In this document: in pieces, positions 1-9,319 of the stretch
Position numbering within the stretch: the first letter of the stretch is position 1
Layout: each line of letters starts with the position of its first letter
Assembly (NCBI GenBank): GCA_964530625.1
Contig: CAZHAK010000007.1
Location: 21,938-85,937, forward strand
DNA: 64,000 nucleotides
Direction of reading: 5' to 3'
Origin: an uncultured Alphaproteobacteria bacterium
Lineage (GTDB): Bacteria > Electryoneota > RPQS01
The notes under the pieces: model-generated
What the model saw: the letters and a program-made list of their open reading frames with translations, nothing else
Databases searched by the model: none
What the model was told of the DNA's origin: nothing
Translations under genes and position numbers: made by a program

Positions 1-449
1 TTGTTCTGGCCGAATACCATTGAGAAATCGTCCGTATTGGAATTCCCCGACCCGACGTTCAACTTGCCTGTAATCGTCCCACCGCTTGCGCCATCCACAG
101 TGCCCACCCGATAAGAATAAGCGGTTGATACAATCTGCTCGCGCGGTGTCATCTCGCTGTCTTCGCCGATGGTCAGCCCGAGCCAGACATTCTCGCTGAA
201 CAAGTCACCTAATTCTGTTACTGATCCAAGCAGGACTTGAAACAATCCCTCCGAGACATCAATCAACGGATGCGTCTCTGTCCAAGCAGGTGCGCCTCCG
301 TTTGCGGTCATGTAGATCCCGAACGTGATCGCCACAGTCGTGTCGAGAGGATTCCCGTCTGGTGTTGTGAGCTTTCCTTGATAGTTGATAAGTTGCGGGA
401 TTGCAAACGAACAACTTACGGTGAGCAGGATTGCGAAGAGAGTACGCAT
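1..449 (-). CDS. Secreted hypothetical protein, N-terminal part only (the gene runs off the window start)
   Basis: The reverse-strand ATG is at 449-447 and the frame stays open to position 1. The translation is MRTLFAILLTVSCSFAIPQLINYQGKLTTPDGNPLDTTVAITFGIYMTANGG..., with a hydrophobic N-terminus that looks like a signal peptide. The ORF track does not list it because no stop falls inside the window. Confidence 0.55.
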   Translation of the reverse strand, partial: MRTLFAILLTVSCSFAIPQLINYQGKLTTPDGNPLDTTVAITFGIYMTANGGAPAWTETHPLIDVSEGLFQVLLGSVTELGDLFSENVWLGLTIGEDSEMTPREQIVSTAYSYRVGTVDGASGGTITGKLNVGSGNSNTDDFSMVFGQN

Positions 450-634
450 ATCAGAGTCCTTTCTTGTGATCAATCATCATGTGTCCCGTTTATGTCAACT
501 GCTGTACAAGAATTTTCAGCTCCGCGCGTTCTGCGGCCTGAGCATTGTTCTGTATCACCAATTCCTGCACTGCGGCCAAATGACGCAATACAATTTACTG
601 CCACATACGCCATGCATCAACAGTTTATGACAAA

Positions 635-652
635 TTGATATATTCATATCAA
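635..652. promoter_or_regulatory. Perfect inverted repeat TTGATAT-ATTC-ATATCAA in an AT-rich intergenic region, a candidate operator about 190 nt upstream of the partial gene at 1-449
   Basis: Read directly: ttgatat attc atatcaa at 635-652, a 7-bp arm with a 4-bp spacer. Confidence 0.35.
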
Positions 653-770
653 TATCGAATAGTTGGCTAAGAGCCTAATTTTCAATATATAGCAATGAAA
701 AGCGGGCCTGATACAATGAATCAGACCCGCCAATGTGGGAATGAGAGGACTCTTGTACGGAAATGTTACG

Positions 771-796
771 AAAAAGGGCCGGAACAAATCCGGCCC
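771..796 (-). terminator. Rho-independent terminator for the S8/T9SS gene
   Basis: The stem gggccgga/tccggccc with loop acaaa lies at 776-796. On the minus strand it is followed by a U-run (forward aaaaa at 771-775). It sits immediately 3' of the CDS ending at 820. Confidence 0.6.
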
Positions 797-819
797 TTCT
801 GCTTCAGTCTTTGCCTCTA

Positions 820-3800
820 CTATTTCAGCAGCAAGAGCTTCTGCATGTGTGTTCCTAATGGAGATTCAAGCCGGGCAAAATAAACTCCCGTCGCAACTCC
901 CGCCGCGTTCCATGTGAAGCGATGCACACCTGCCGTGTAAAGACCGCTTGCTACAGTCGTTACTTCGCGGCCCGTGATGTCAAACACGCGCAGGCTCAAG
1001 TGAGCATTCTGCGGCAGTGAAACCTCCAAGGCCGTCGTCGGATTGAAAGGATTCGGATAAGCCGGTGCCAGCGCGTATTCCAGTGGCAATACGGATGGGT
1101 TCTCCGCATCAAGCTGTACCACATGAATCGTATCCGTCGCGATACTTTCGCCACCTTCGTACATCGCCGTCAGCCAGAAATAGTGTCCCGCGTCTCCGCT
1201 CGGAATACGTGTCCGGAACTCAAGTGCCGTTGTTGAAGCCAGCACGAACTCATTGATATGCACGATGTAACTCGAAAGTTCATCCAAACCACCGACGCTT
1301 TCCGGCGCGTCCCAGCTCATGAACAACGAATCGTTCGTGCGCGTGTATGTTAAATTTTGTGGGGGATCGAGTCGCCAGACTTCCGCGTCCGCCGACGTCG
1401 TCTGGCCCGCTACGACGGTTGCTTCTGCCGTGATAAACTCGTAACCCGGAATCTGCACACGCAACGTGCGCGGCCCGGCAAACACATCTTGTAGTGAGAA
1501 CGAGCCATTCGCAGCAACTTGCCCCATCCTGTTTCCAACTCTCACTCCGTTCGCAATTGCTTCTGAAATTGGCGGATGAGTCGTGATCGTACCGGTAAGA
1601 TTGCCCGTGCTGCGATCCAACGTACGTGTTGTAAACAGGATAGCACTGCCCTGCTGAATTGCAAATGAACTGTCATTTAACACTGTATTGTACTGCAATT
1701 GCAATCCGTATGTTTCAGTAGGACTCTCTATACCAACCGTCCCGCCGATCTGAATGTCCACATTGTCATAGACAAACATGATTTCACAATCACCCGTCGG
1801 CGTAGGCCAGACTTCCTGATCGAAAATGTGAATCTGTGCCGTCAAATGATTTGCCGTAATCGGCACGAAGTAAAGGTGATCGTATTCAATGATGAACACA
1901 CCGTTCGGTTGATCGTAGCGAGTCAGAATGCGGGAATCCACAGGATTCAAGCCGAGCACCAGGTTGTCCCAAAAGAGCGCCAACATTCCCGCCGGACCTT
2001 GTGGCGCAGGAATCGCTGTGTTCGCATTGCGGCGGTCAGGATCTTCGCCCGGAGCCACCCAGCCGTTTTCATTGACCGTGATGGAATCATACGCTCGCCC
2101 GTAAAAAACGAACGGAAACGGCATCTCGACAAACGACGACGCATCTGAAATTTGCGGAAACTCAAGCTCAGTCGCGTTCGTCATGTCTGCCCAATTGTAC
2201 TGGGCGGGCAAACCGTAATCATAGCGATCATAAGCACGGTAGCCGCTGCTGTCCGGCCCAACGCTTTGTGAGCGCGGCGTGGTGAACTGAATCAGAGCTT
2301 CTGTTGTATCGTTCGTCGCAACAAACAAAGTTGTCTCAGCTTGAAGTCCTTGAAACTCTACCACGAAGGAGTAGTTATTCTCACCGGGAAGCACAAAAGA
2401 AAACTCGCCGTTCTCATCTGTTTCCGTCGCTTCCACCGGTACAAACTGCGGAGTAACCGTCGCGAATTGCACTGGAATGGCATTGCCAATCTCAACGGTG
2501 CCCAGAAGAACTCCGCTGGGTACCAAAGACATGGCAATGTCAAGGACAACCGTATCCGAATCAGCTACCGAAAACTCGCTGTTGTATTGAGCGAATCCGA
2601 AAGCGCTGATCGAAAACGGCAAAAGCGAATCTGCAGGCAATGATATCCGGTAGTTTCCTTGAGCGTCGCTGTAGCGAATATAGTTGTCGCCCGCCTGCAC
2701 TCGCGCACCGGCTATCGGTTGACCGTTCGACTGATTGGTAATCTGACCAACCACCCAGCCGCGATCGGCTGATATCATGAGTACCGCTTCATAGGCGTCC
2801 ACCATGCCGCGACCATAGGTATTGTCGTCGCCAGCCGTGCCATAATCAATTGCAGTTTGCATCAGCACGGATTTGATTTCACGCACGTCCGCATTCGGAT
2901 TGGCTTCACGCATCAGAGCAACCACGCCCGCGATGTGCGGACCCGCCATCGAGGTGCCGCTGAAACTACCACTATAACCACCGGGGACGCTCGAGTAGAC
3001 ATTCTCGCCCGGCGCAACAATTTCCGGTTTGATTTGCGTGCCGTCACAGTCGCTCGGGCCACGACTCGAAAAACTTGAGATGGGATGCGGTACAGCCGGG
3101 TAATTTCCCGCATTCACCGACCCCACAGAAAAGAACGTCACTGAGTCAAGCGCAATGTTGGCCGGACTGCGGTGTGTTGCAGCGCCGGGGCCTTCATTAC
3201 CTGCCGAAAACGTCACAACTGTTCCCGCCGTTTCGCAAGCGATAATCGCGGTGTTCCAGTCGTTGAAACAATCGGGATATCCTAAACTACTGTAGACTCC
3301 CCAAGAATTCTGAATCACATCCGGCACGTCTTCAATAGTCTCTGGATTTTCATCCGGATCGGCAAACCACTGATAGCCTTGCAAGACATCACTGGTAAAG
3401 TCGCCGCCAAACCCGCCAATCGCATTCATCGCAATCCACTCCGCACCCGGAGCAACGCCAATGGTATCAAATTGAGAACCATTTCCACCTGTTCCGCAAA
3501 TTGTTCCCATTACGTGCGTACCGTGGCTTTGAGCATCTACGGGCGTTTGCGAGCCACCACCCAAAACGTCCAGCCAACACTCCGAATGCGGCGCGTGATT
3601 GCCGCGCCAACGACTGCCGAGCGCCACATGATTTCCGTCCACACCCGTGTCCATATTAGCTACCAAAACTCCCTCTCCTGTGTAGCCCAGTTCATTCCAG
3701 ACCCGCGGCGCATGCACGGCGTTCACACCCGGAGGACGCGAATCCAACGACTGCCGCTGTTCGCGTTCCGTGCTACGCACAGGTTCGATGAGCTCCATAA

Positions 3801-4221
3801 CAGGCACTGCCTCAACCCAACGCACAGAAGGGTGCTTAATCAATTCCACAAGCACACTGCGTTCACCCTTGACGACTACACAGTTGGTAATCCAATAAGG
3901 AGTAAAACCGTCAATCCTATGACGCTCGCGCAATGCATCCAGATCATTAAGCAACGGTGGTTGTGTGTCACGAGCCACTCGCTGCAGTTCTTCTACGACA
4001 ATCTGATGCCGCTGTTGACGTGTTACTTTCATGTTGCGCAACATGATATCCATTTCGCGCAAATCCACCCGTTCCCACAGATGAAAAATCGCTTTCACCT
4101 TGGCGTCGGGAGCAACTTTGCTCCATTGCTCCTGTAAGTCAGGCGCAATCTCGCCTGCGAGCAGGCTCGTGGCTGAAAATGCTATCAGTAGTGCAGGCAA
4201 CAGCCAGAAAACTCGTTTCAT
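820..4221 (-). CDS. Secreted subtilisin-like serine peptidase (S8) with an N-terminal propeptide-like region, internal beta-sandwich/FN3-like domains and a C-terminal T9SS (Por) sorting domain
   Basis: Signal peptide MKRVFWLLPALLIAFSATSLLA. Catalytic triad motifs: VLVANMDTGVDGNH (Asp), HGTHVMGTICG (His), GTSMAGPHIAGVVALM (Ser). The C-terminus AYPNPFNPTTALEVSLP...GVYFARLESPLGTHMQKLLLLK is a typical type-A T9SS CTD. Confidence 0.85.
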   Translation of the reverse strand: MKRVFWLLPALLIAFSATSLLAGEIAPDLQEQWSKVAPDAKVKAIFHLWERVDLREMDIMLRNMKVTRQQRHQIVVEELQRVARDTQPPLLNDLDALRERHRIDGFTPYWITNCVVVKGERSVLVELIKHPSVRWVEAVPVMELIEPVRSTEREQRQSLDSRPPGVNAVHAPRVWNELGYTGEGVLVANMDTGVDGNHVALGSRWRGNHAPHSECWLDVLGGGSQTPVDAQSHGTHVMGTICGTGGNGSQFDTIGVAPGAEWIAMNAIGGFGGDFTSDVLQGYQWFADPDENPETIEDVPDVIQNSWGVYSSLGYPDCFNDWNTAIIACETAGTVVTFSAGNEGPGAATHRSPANIALDSVTFFSVGSVNAGNYPAVPHPISSFSSRGPSDCDGTQIKPEIVAPGENVYSSVPGGYSGSFSGTSMAGPHIAGVVALMREANPNADVREIKSVLMQTAIDYGTAGDDNTYGRGMVDAYEAVLMISADRGWVVGQITNQSNGQPIAGARVQAGDNYIRYSDAQGNYRISLPADSLLPFSISAFGFAQYNSEFSVADSDTVVLDIAMSLVPSGVLLGTVEIGNAIPVQFATVTPQFVPVEATETDENGEFSFVLPGENNYSFVVEFQGLQAETTLFVATNDTTEALIQFTTPRSQSVGPDSSGYRAYDRYDYGLPAQYNWADMTNATELEFPQISDASSFVEMPFPFVFYGRAYDSITVNENGWVAPGEDPDRRNANTAIPAPQGPAGMLALFWDNLVLGLNPVDSRILTRYDQPNGVFIIEYDHLYFVPITANHLTAQIHIFDQEVWPTPTGDCEIMFVYDNVDIQIGGTVGIESPTETYGLQLQYNTVLNDSSFAIQQGSAILFTTRTLDRSTGNLTGTITTHPPISEAIANGVRVGNRMGQVAANGSFSLQDVFAGPRTLRVQIPGYEFITAEATVVAGQTTSADAEVWRLDPPQNLTYTRTNDSLFMSWDAPESVGGLDELSSYIVHINEFVLASTTALEFRTRIPSGDAGHYFWLTAMYEGGESIATDTIHVVQLDAENPSVLPLEYALAPAYPNPFNPTTALEVSLPQNAHLSLRVFDITGREVTTVASGLYTAGVHRFTWNAAGVATGVYFARLESPLGTHMQKLLLLK

Positions 4222-4266
4222 TCAATACCTCCGATTTGTAGTCCGTCCAAGGAATCAGCCCTATTG

Positions 4267-6696
4267 CTATTTGGAGAGAAGGGTAAGTCCGTTATCAAAG
4301 AGAGCTTTTGTCGCGGCGTCCCAGAAACTGTCCGCTTCAAACGCGGACTCCTTTTCATTGTAGCGCCACGACGGAACTCCTGTCGTTTGAATGTCCGTTT
4401 TGCTCAGCAAGTATCCAGCGATAGCCTGCACCAGCGCGTCATCAGGATACTGTTGCAACGCCACGATCGCGTGGTCGAGTGACTCTTCGTGTTTGCCGCT
4501 GAGTTTCGCCCACCAGGCACGGTGCGCTGCGATGCGCCCATTGGCTGGCTTCAACAATTCCGCTTCATCGATCTGTGATTTGGCGGCATCCAGCTCTCCG
4601 GTCAACAACAACAAGCGAGCGTAATCCAATCGCAATCCCACCACACCACTGCGGCGCTTCAGTGCGACCTGATAAACTGAGTCCGCACGTCCGATTTGTC
4701 CGGCCCACAGCAAAGCTTCCGCGTAGCCGCGGAGGGCATCGTCGTCCGTGCTTTGCTCGGCCAATACCAACGTATAATTTACTACGGCTTGCTCAAACAT
4801 GCCACAGGTAAATTGCCATCCCGCAATTTCCCGTATGAGCTGAGTTCTCTCGGAACTGCTTGTTTTTTTTAGCCCTGCTTCGAGTTTGGGCAGCAACTCA
4901 CGATATTTCCCATCTGAGAAGGCTCTTGAACTCGCCCATTGCCCGTACGAGGCCGCCTTATCCGGGTAGGACTGCACCAGCCGCTCGGCGTAGGCCTGTG
5001 ATAAGCTGTCTTGGTCCCTATAAGAGGAAATTCGCGCCAATGCCCGCAAGACCACCTCCGAGTTCGCGTCGCGGGCTTCAGCTTGCCGAGCGAATTCCAT
5101 CGCTTGATCCAGCTTGCCTAACTCCACTTCATTATCCGCCGCATTCACGAAAGCCACAGGATAGCAAGCATCCACGTTAGGAGCAGACATATAATGCTCA
5201 AGCAACTCAACCAACTTCGGGTCGAGTTTGTGCAGCCGCTCTTTCGTGATCTCGCGTGTGTCGTACTCGTTGCGTCGCGGAGAAAAATACGAGTTCATGC
5301 CTTCCGCAAAATACTCCCAGACACTCGATCCCTGATAGCGGCTGACAAAAATTTCTTCATCCGCCGCGTCTTTCGCGCTCGCCTCGCGATAAAGATCCTC
5401 AATCATCGTCCAGTCCTCTGGCGGATACACACCGTGCACCTGATGTGTCAGCTCGTGCAAGACCGTGTTGTACTTGTTGTAAATTGAGCGTTCCACGTCT
5501 TCAATTCCTGTCACGGTCGTATAGCCGCCGCACCCGCGCACGTCATCCCACAATCGCGAGTCATAGCTGATCCGCTGATCAGCGATGGTTTCAAGTCCCG
5601 GACACTCTGAAAGCTTTTCGTGAAGCGGTTTAATATAGTGATGACTGGCGCTGGCCACGAGTACAGGAAGGTAATCCTTCCACGGCTCAACCGAAATCGC
5701 CACTTGCTTCTTGTGCCGGGCTGAAAGCGACTCCCAATTGAGAACATACTTTTCAATCATTGGAATCTCAGGAAACTCTTTGGCGTCGAAGGCCGCCTGA
5801 TCCGCGTCCCGATAGAGATTCTCGCGCAGGCGCAGCTGCTCCAAGCATTTCGCGACGCCGTTATGCGCGCGCCCGTAATCCGGGACATATTTCAGCGCCT
5901 CAAAGAAATGCTCCATTGCGGCACCGTACTCGCCGTGCATCCATTCCTCGGATCCGTCTATCACAAAGTCCCGCGCGCATATTTCGCTTCCGTCGCACTT
6001 CAAGTACTTGTTAGATGACTCAAGTTCCGTGTAGTTCTTTCGCGCGTATCCGTTTCCCAAATAATAATGGCCGTATTCATGGTACTTGTTCCAGCGCAAG
6101 ACCTCTTCAAACAAGTCCATGGACTCACTGGTCTCACCGAGTCGCTGCTTGCAGAGCGCCGCCTGGAAGATCATCTCGTCAGACAGCAATTCCTGCGTCC
6201 ACGCGCGCTCAAGAAGTTCCATCGCGTCTTCGTAGCGCTGCTTCTTCTGAAACACTCGGGCAAGTCCGATGCTGCCCCAGCGTTGCGAAATCGGATCACG
6301 AAACGCCAGCGCTGTCTGAAACATCAGCTCCGCGCGCTCCATGTTAAGCTGCGCGAAGGCAAGCTCGCCTTGTACTATCGCACTCCAGTCGCCTGTCCTG
6401 ACCACCCACTTTTCAAGCGCGGGAAAATTCTCGGTCAATAAGAACCAGGACAATACACTTTCAAAGGCATCGCCGTCGCCACTCAGCTCTTGCAACTCAG
6501 TTAAGCCCGGCTTGAACTCTGCAAAACGATACTCGCGCAGAGCTTTGGCGGAAGCAGCCGCGAAGGATTGCGTCTTGGGCATATTCTTTTCAGAGAACCG
6601 CCACTCCCGAATATCCGCCGCTTTCTTCACCAGCTTCGATTCTGCCAGTACAATCATAGGCAAGACAGCCAACACCAACAGTACATTACGCCACAT
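4267..6696 (-). CDS. Secreted TPR-repeat protein with an embedded HExxH zinc-metallopeptidase-like motif
   Basis: The start was chosen at the internal Met (MWRNVLLVLAVLPMIVLA, a signal peptide) because the ORF's first Met overlaps the upstream gene. Repeated TPR-like helices run throughout. The motif VLHELTHQVHG is followed about 40 aa later by WEYFAEGMNSYF, a possible third zinc ligand Glu. Confidence 0.6.
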   Translation of the reverse strand: MWRNVLLVLAVLPMIVLAESKLVKKAADIREWRFSEKNMPKTQSFAAASAKALREYRFAEFKPGLTELQELSGDGDAFESVLSWFLLTENFPALEKWVVRTGDWSAIVQGELAFAQLNMERAELMFQTALAFRDPISQRWGSIGLARVFQKKQRYEDAMELLERAWTQELLSDEMIFQAALCKQRLGETSESMDLFEEVLRWNKYHEYGHYYLGNGYARKNYTELESSNKYLKCDGSEICARDFVIDGSEEWMHGEYGAAMEHFFEALKYVPDYGRAHNGVAKCLEQLRLRENLYRDADQAAFDAKEFPEIPMIEKYVLNWESLSARHKKQVAISVEPWKDYLPVLVASASHHYIKPLHEKLSECPGLETIADQRISYDSRLWDDVRGCGGYTTVTGIEDVERSIYNKYNTVLHELTHQVHGVYPPEDWTMIEDLYREASAKDAADEEIFVSRYQGSSVWEYFAEGMNSYFSPRRNEYDTREITKERLHKLDPKLVELLEHYMSAPNVDACYPVAFVNAADNEVELGKLDQAMEFARQAEARDANSEVVLRALARISSYRDQDSLSQAYAERLVQSYPDKAASYGQWASSRAFSDGKYRELLPKLEAGLKKTSSSERTQLIREIAGWQFTCGMFEQAVVNYTLVLAEQSTDDDALRGYAEALLWAGQIGRADSVYQVALKRRSGVVGLRLDYARLLLLTGELDAAKSQIDEAELLKPANGRIAAHRAWWAKLSGKHEESLDHAIVALQQYPDDALVQAIAGYLLSKTDIQTTGVPSWRYNEKESAFEADSFWDAATKALFDNGLTLLSK

Positions 6697-7378
6697 GTTT
6701 ATCCTCCGCGATTCTGCCGTCAACCATCGTCACAATTCGCCTGGCGATACTCATCACCTTCGGGTCGTGAGTGGAAAAAACAAAAGTCGTTTCGTGTGTG
6801 CGATTCATTTCAAGCATCAATTCCAGCACGGCCATTCCCGTGTCATGATCTAAATTCGCTGTAGGCTCGTCGGCCAAAACCAGATTCGGATTGGTGATCA
6901 GCGCTCGCGCCACGGCTACACGCTGGCGTTGCCCGCCTGAAAGTTCATCGGGACGATGATGCCCGTACTCCGACAGTCCAACCTCTTCAACTAAGTCGTT
7001 GACTCGCCTGTCAATCTCGGCTTTTGGCACGCGCTGTAGTTCAAGCGGCAAACCGACATTCTCTTTAACATTAAACACCGGCAGCAAATTGAAACTCTGA
7101 AAAATAAAACCAATGCGGTCACGTCTGAGCAGCGTCGTTTCTTTGTCATTCAGTTCAGCCGGATCGTACTCGCCGAACATGGTCACCTTACCCGACGTCG
7201 GTACATCCAGGCAGCCGATCATATTCAACAGCGTCGTCTTGCCGCTGCCCGACGGCCCGACGATACACAAAAATTCACCCGCACCCACGCGCAGGCCAAC
7301 GTCCACCAAGGCATGAACGATGTGCGCGCCAAGTTGATAGTCTTTGCAAATCTTTTCGGTCACAATAATGTCTGGCAT
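6686..7378 (-). CDS. ABC transporter ATP-binding protein (LolD/MacB-type ATPase)
   Basis: Walker A GPSGSGKTTLLNMIG. ABC signature LSGGQRQRVAVARAL. Walker B LVLADEPT. Confidence 0.85.
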   Translation of the reverse strand: MPDIIVTEKICKDYQLGAHIVHALVDVGLRVGAGEFLCIVGPSGSGKTTLLNMIGCLDVPTSGKVTMFGEYDPAELNDKETTLLRRDRIGFIFQSFNLLPVFNVKENVGLPLELQRVPKAEIDRRVNDLVEEVGLSEYGHHRPDELSGGQRQRVAVARALITNPNLVLADEPTANLDHDTGMAVLELMLEMNRTHETTFVFSTHDPKVMSIARRIVTMVDGRIAEDKHVA

Positions 7379-7386
7379 ATAAAACT

Positions 7387-8604
7387 TTAGAAGTAAATGA
7401 CGAACCGCAAATCCGTTGCGTAGTATGCGGGCAATACGGGCAACTCACTTGAGGGCGAGCCAGCCGCGAAAGAGAAGCCTGCGGAAATATCCACGTCAGG
7501 ATAGCCCATGAACGTAATCAAGGGATATCCGTACAACGTTTGATCTGCCGGCTCAAAGATAAGATTTCCCCCGACTGTCCAAAGATTTCGCCAATTGTAA
7601 ACTCCGCTTGTGGCGACGTACCACTGATGAAGCTCTTGCGTGGGTCTTGTCAATAGCAGCAAATTCGCGTAGTCAACGATTGCCGCCGGATTCGGTTGTC
7701 TGGTGCGGAGCTCGTTCGCGTCGCTCTTAAACCTTGCAAGATAGTCCGCAAACTCAGAATCATCGAGCCCCCAACCGGTGTAATAAATCTCTGCATACAC
7801 GCTGGAATTGCCGAATAGCTTGCTGCCGCCCAGCACCGCGCGCGGTATCCATGTTCTGTTCTGCTCAAGCACCATATAGTGACGAAGCGTCGAATTCTCC
7901 ATTGCAAGCCACGCCCCTTCGCCATAGACCACCAGCGGCCCGGCGTCCCACGAAAATGCGCCCGCGATATTCGTCTCATCGTCAAAGTTGTGTGTCGCCG
8001 TCGCGTAAAGATCAACGGTTCCCACAAGTTTGAACAATCGTGCTCCCGCCATTCTGCGCGTGCCGTCCAGCGTCGGAATCTCAATCAGGTCATCGCCGCG
8101 ATCCGGTGAATAGAGCAACGACATCGAGAACCACGGCAACGTCGCGTCCATTCTTGCTAGATAAACTCCTTCAAGGTAGCGCGTCGGATCAAGCGGATTC
8201 GCGTTGCGCTGCAAATTGTCCGATGGAGTATAGGTCAATCCCGTACCCCAGCGCGCGCGCTGTTTGCCCATCAGGAATGTCACTCGATGCGACGGATTCA
8301 AATAGCCATAACCCTGATCCAACACCCAATCAAAATTCTCTGCTGAATCCGGCTGATGCACAAACTGAAAACGCGGTTCAATCCGGTATCCGGCCCGCCG
8401 CTGATGCGATCCCTTTACGGATACGCGCAACTCATGCAAATAATTCTCGCGCCAAGTTCCTGTCGCAGGCGGGTAAAGCCACACCGCTCCCCGATCTGGC
8501 CCGGTGAAGACAGCATTGTTCTCCAGTCGAAACGTGGTCTGCGGTTGCGCAAACGCAATCGAGAACAAAAGAAAGAAACTACTTGCCCAAGCGAGTCGGA
8601 TCAA
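7387..8604 (-). CDS. Outer-membrane beta-barrel protein of unknown function
   Basis: Signal peptide MIRLAWASSFFLLFSIAFAQ. The sequence is rich in alternating aromatic and polar stretches, and the C-terminus ends ...LRFVIYF (aromatic terminus typical of outer-membrane barrels). It is embedded in the ABC/LolA-like cluster. Confidence 0.5.
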   Translation of the reverse strand: MIRLAWASSFFLLFSIAFAQPQTTFRLENNAVFTGPDRGAVWLYPPATGTWRENYLHELRVSVKGSHQRRAGYRIEPRFQFVHQPDSAENFDWVLDQGYGYLNPSHRVTFLMGKQRARWGTGLTYTPSDNLQRNANPLDPTRYLEGVYLARMDATLPWFSMSLLYSPDRGDDLIEIPTLDGTRRMAGARLFKLVGTVDLYATATHNFDDETNIAGAFSWDAGPLVVYGEGAWLAMENSTLRHYMVLEQNRTWIPRAVLGGSKLFGNSSVYAEIYYTGWGLDDSEFADYLARFKSDANELRTRQPNPAAIVDYANLLLLTRPTQELHQWYVATSGVYNWRNLWTVGGNLIFEPADQTLYGYPLITFMGYPDVDISAGFSFAAGSPSSELPVLPAYYATDLRFVIYF

Positions 8605-9319
8605 AAGTGGACTCCGGAACTCCGTCGCGCTCTTTCAGCGACACAATTGTTACTCTGGTGTAAGCGCCCTCTTCCAAGAAATCATACATCGTCATAACCG
8701 AAGGCCGCTCCCGCCCCGCCAAGATTGCCGTTTCGTCGATGACTTCCTGCTTCAGCGCCTTACCCGTCAATCCGTAAAACGTGATCGTGTCGGGAATCGC
8801 GGACGCGCTGTCCAAACCGCACTCCATTTTTGCGTAGGCCACGCTGCGTGTCTTGGCGGTCAGTTCCACAAAATAATGAACGCGACCGTCGCGGACGGTG
8901 CGTTCGACGACCTTTGCCCAGTAGTCATCGGCAAGCGTCGAGTTCATCACGTCTTCATTCGAAAACACACTCCCCATGAAGCTGGCTTTGCGCGTAAGCT
9001 TCACAGGCCGCGAAACGTCCGGCACATAAAACCATAAATTATCGCCGTTCAACAAAATTTGTTTGTCGCGCTCGCGCGGTGGGTCGGTCACGGTCATCAG
9101 AGATTTGTCTTCACCGACACCGACAATATCATATGTATAATGAAGCAAGTCGCGGCCCGGGCGGCTCGTTTCCATTTGAATCGTCATTTCGTATGCGCCC
9201 GGAAAGCGCGCGTCGTCCAATCGCTGCAACAGAGCTTGCGCGACAGAATCACTCGCCTCCTGTGCACGGGCAATCGTTGAAACAACGATCAGAACACCAA
9301 CAAGCAGAGATCTAAACAT
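8579..9319 (-). CDS. Outer-membrane lipoprotein-sorting protein (LolA-like fold)
   Basis: Signal peptide MFRSLLVGVLIVVSTIARA. Size, composition and placement next to FtsX-type permeases match LolA-like periplasmic partners of MacB/Lol-type ABC systems. Confidence 0.55.
   Translation of the reverse strand: MFRSLLVGVLIVVSTIARAQEASDSVAQALLQRLDDARFPGAYEMTIQMETSRPGRDLLHYTYDIVGVGEDKSLMTVTDPPRERDKQILLNGDNLWFYVPDVSRPVKLTRKASFMGSVFSNEDVMNSTLADDYWAKVVERTVRDGRVHYFVELTAKTRSVAYAKMECGLDSASAIPDTITFYGLTGKALKQEVIDETAILAGRERPSVMTMYDFLEEGAYTRVTIVSLKERDGVPESTFDPTRLGK

Noticed and set aside
237-638. Plus-strand 133-aa ORF (and 385-630) near the window start
   Set aside because: It overlaps the well-supported minus-strand signal-peptide gene 1-449 and AT-rich intergenic DNA, and has no recognisable motifs. 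It is a spurious ORF.
3379-4137. 252-aa plus-strand ORF inside the S8/T9SS gene
   Set aside because: It is antisense to a gene with unambiguous subtilase motifs, and has no motifs of its own.
8040-9037. Plus-strand ORFs of 155 and 177 aa antisense to the outer-membrane barrel and LolA-like genes
   Set aside because: They are antisense to genes with signal peptides and coherent architecture. Their composition is Arg/Ser/Pro-rich.
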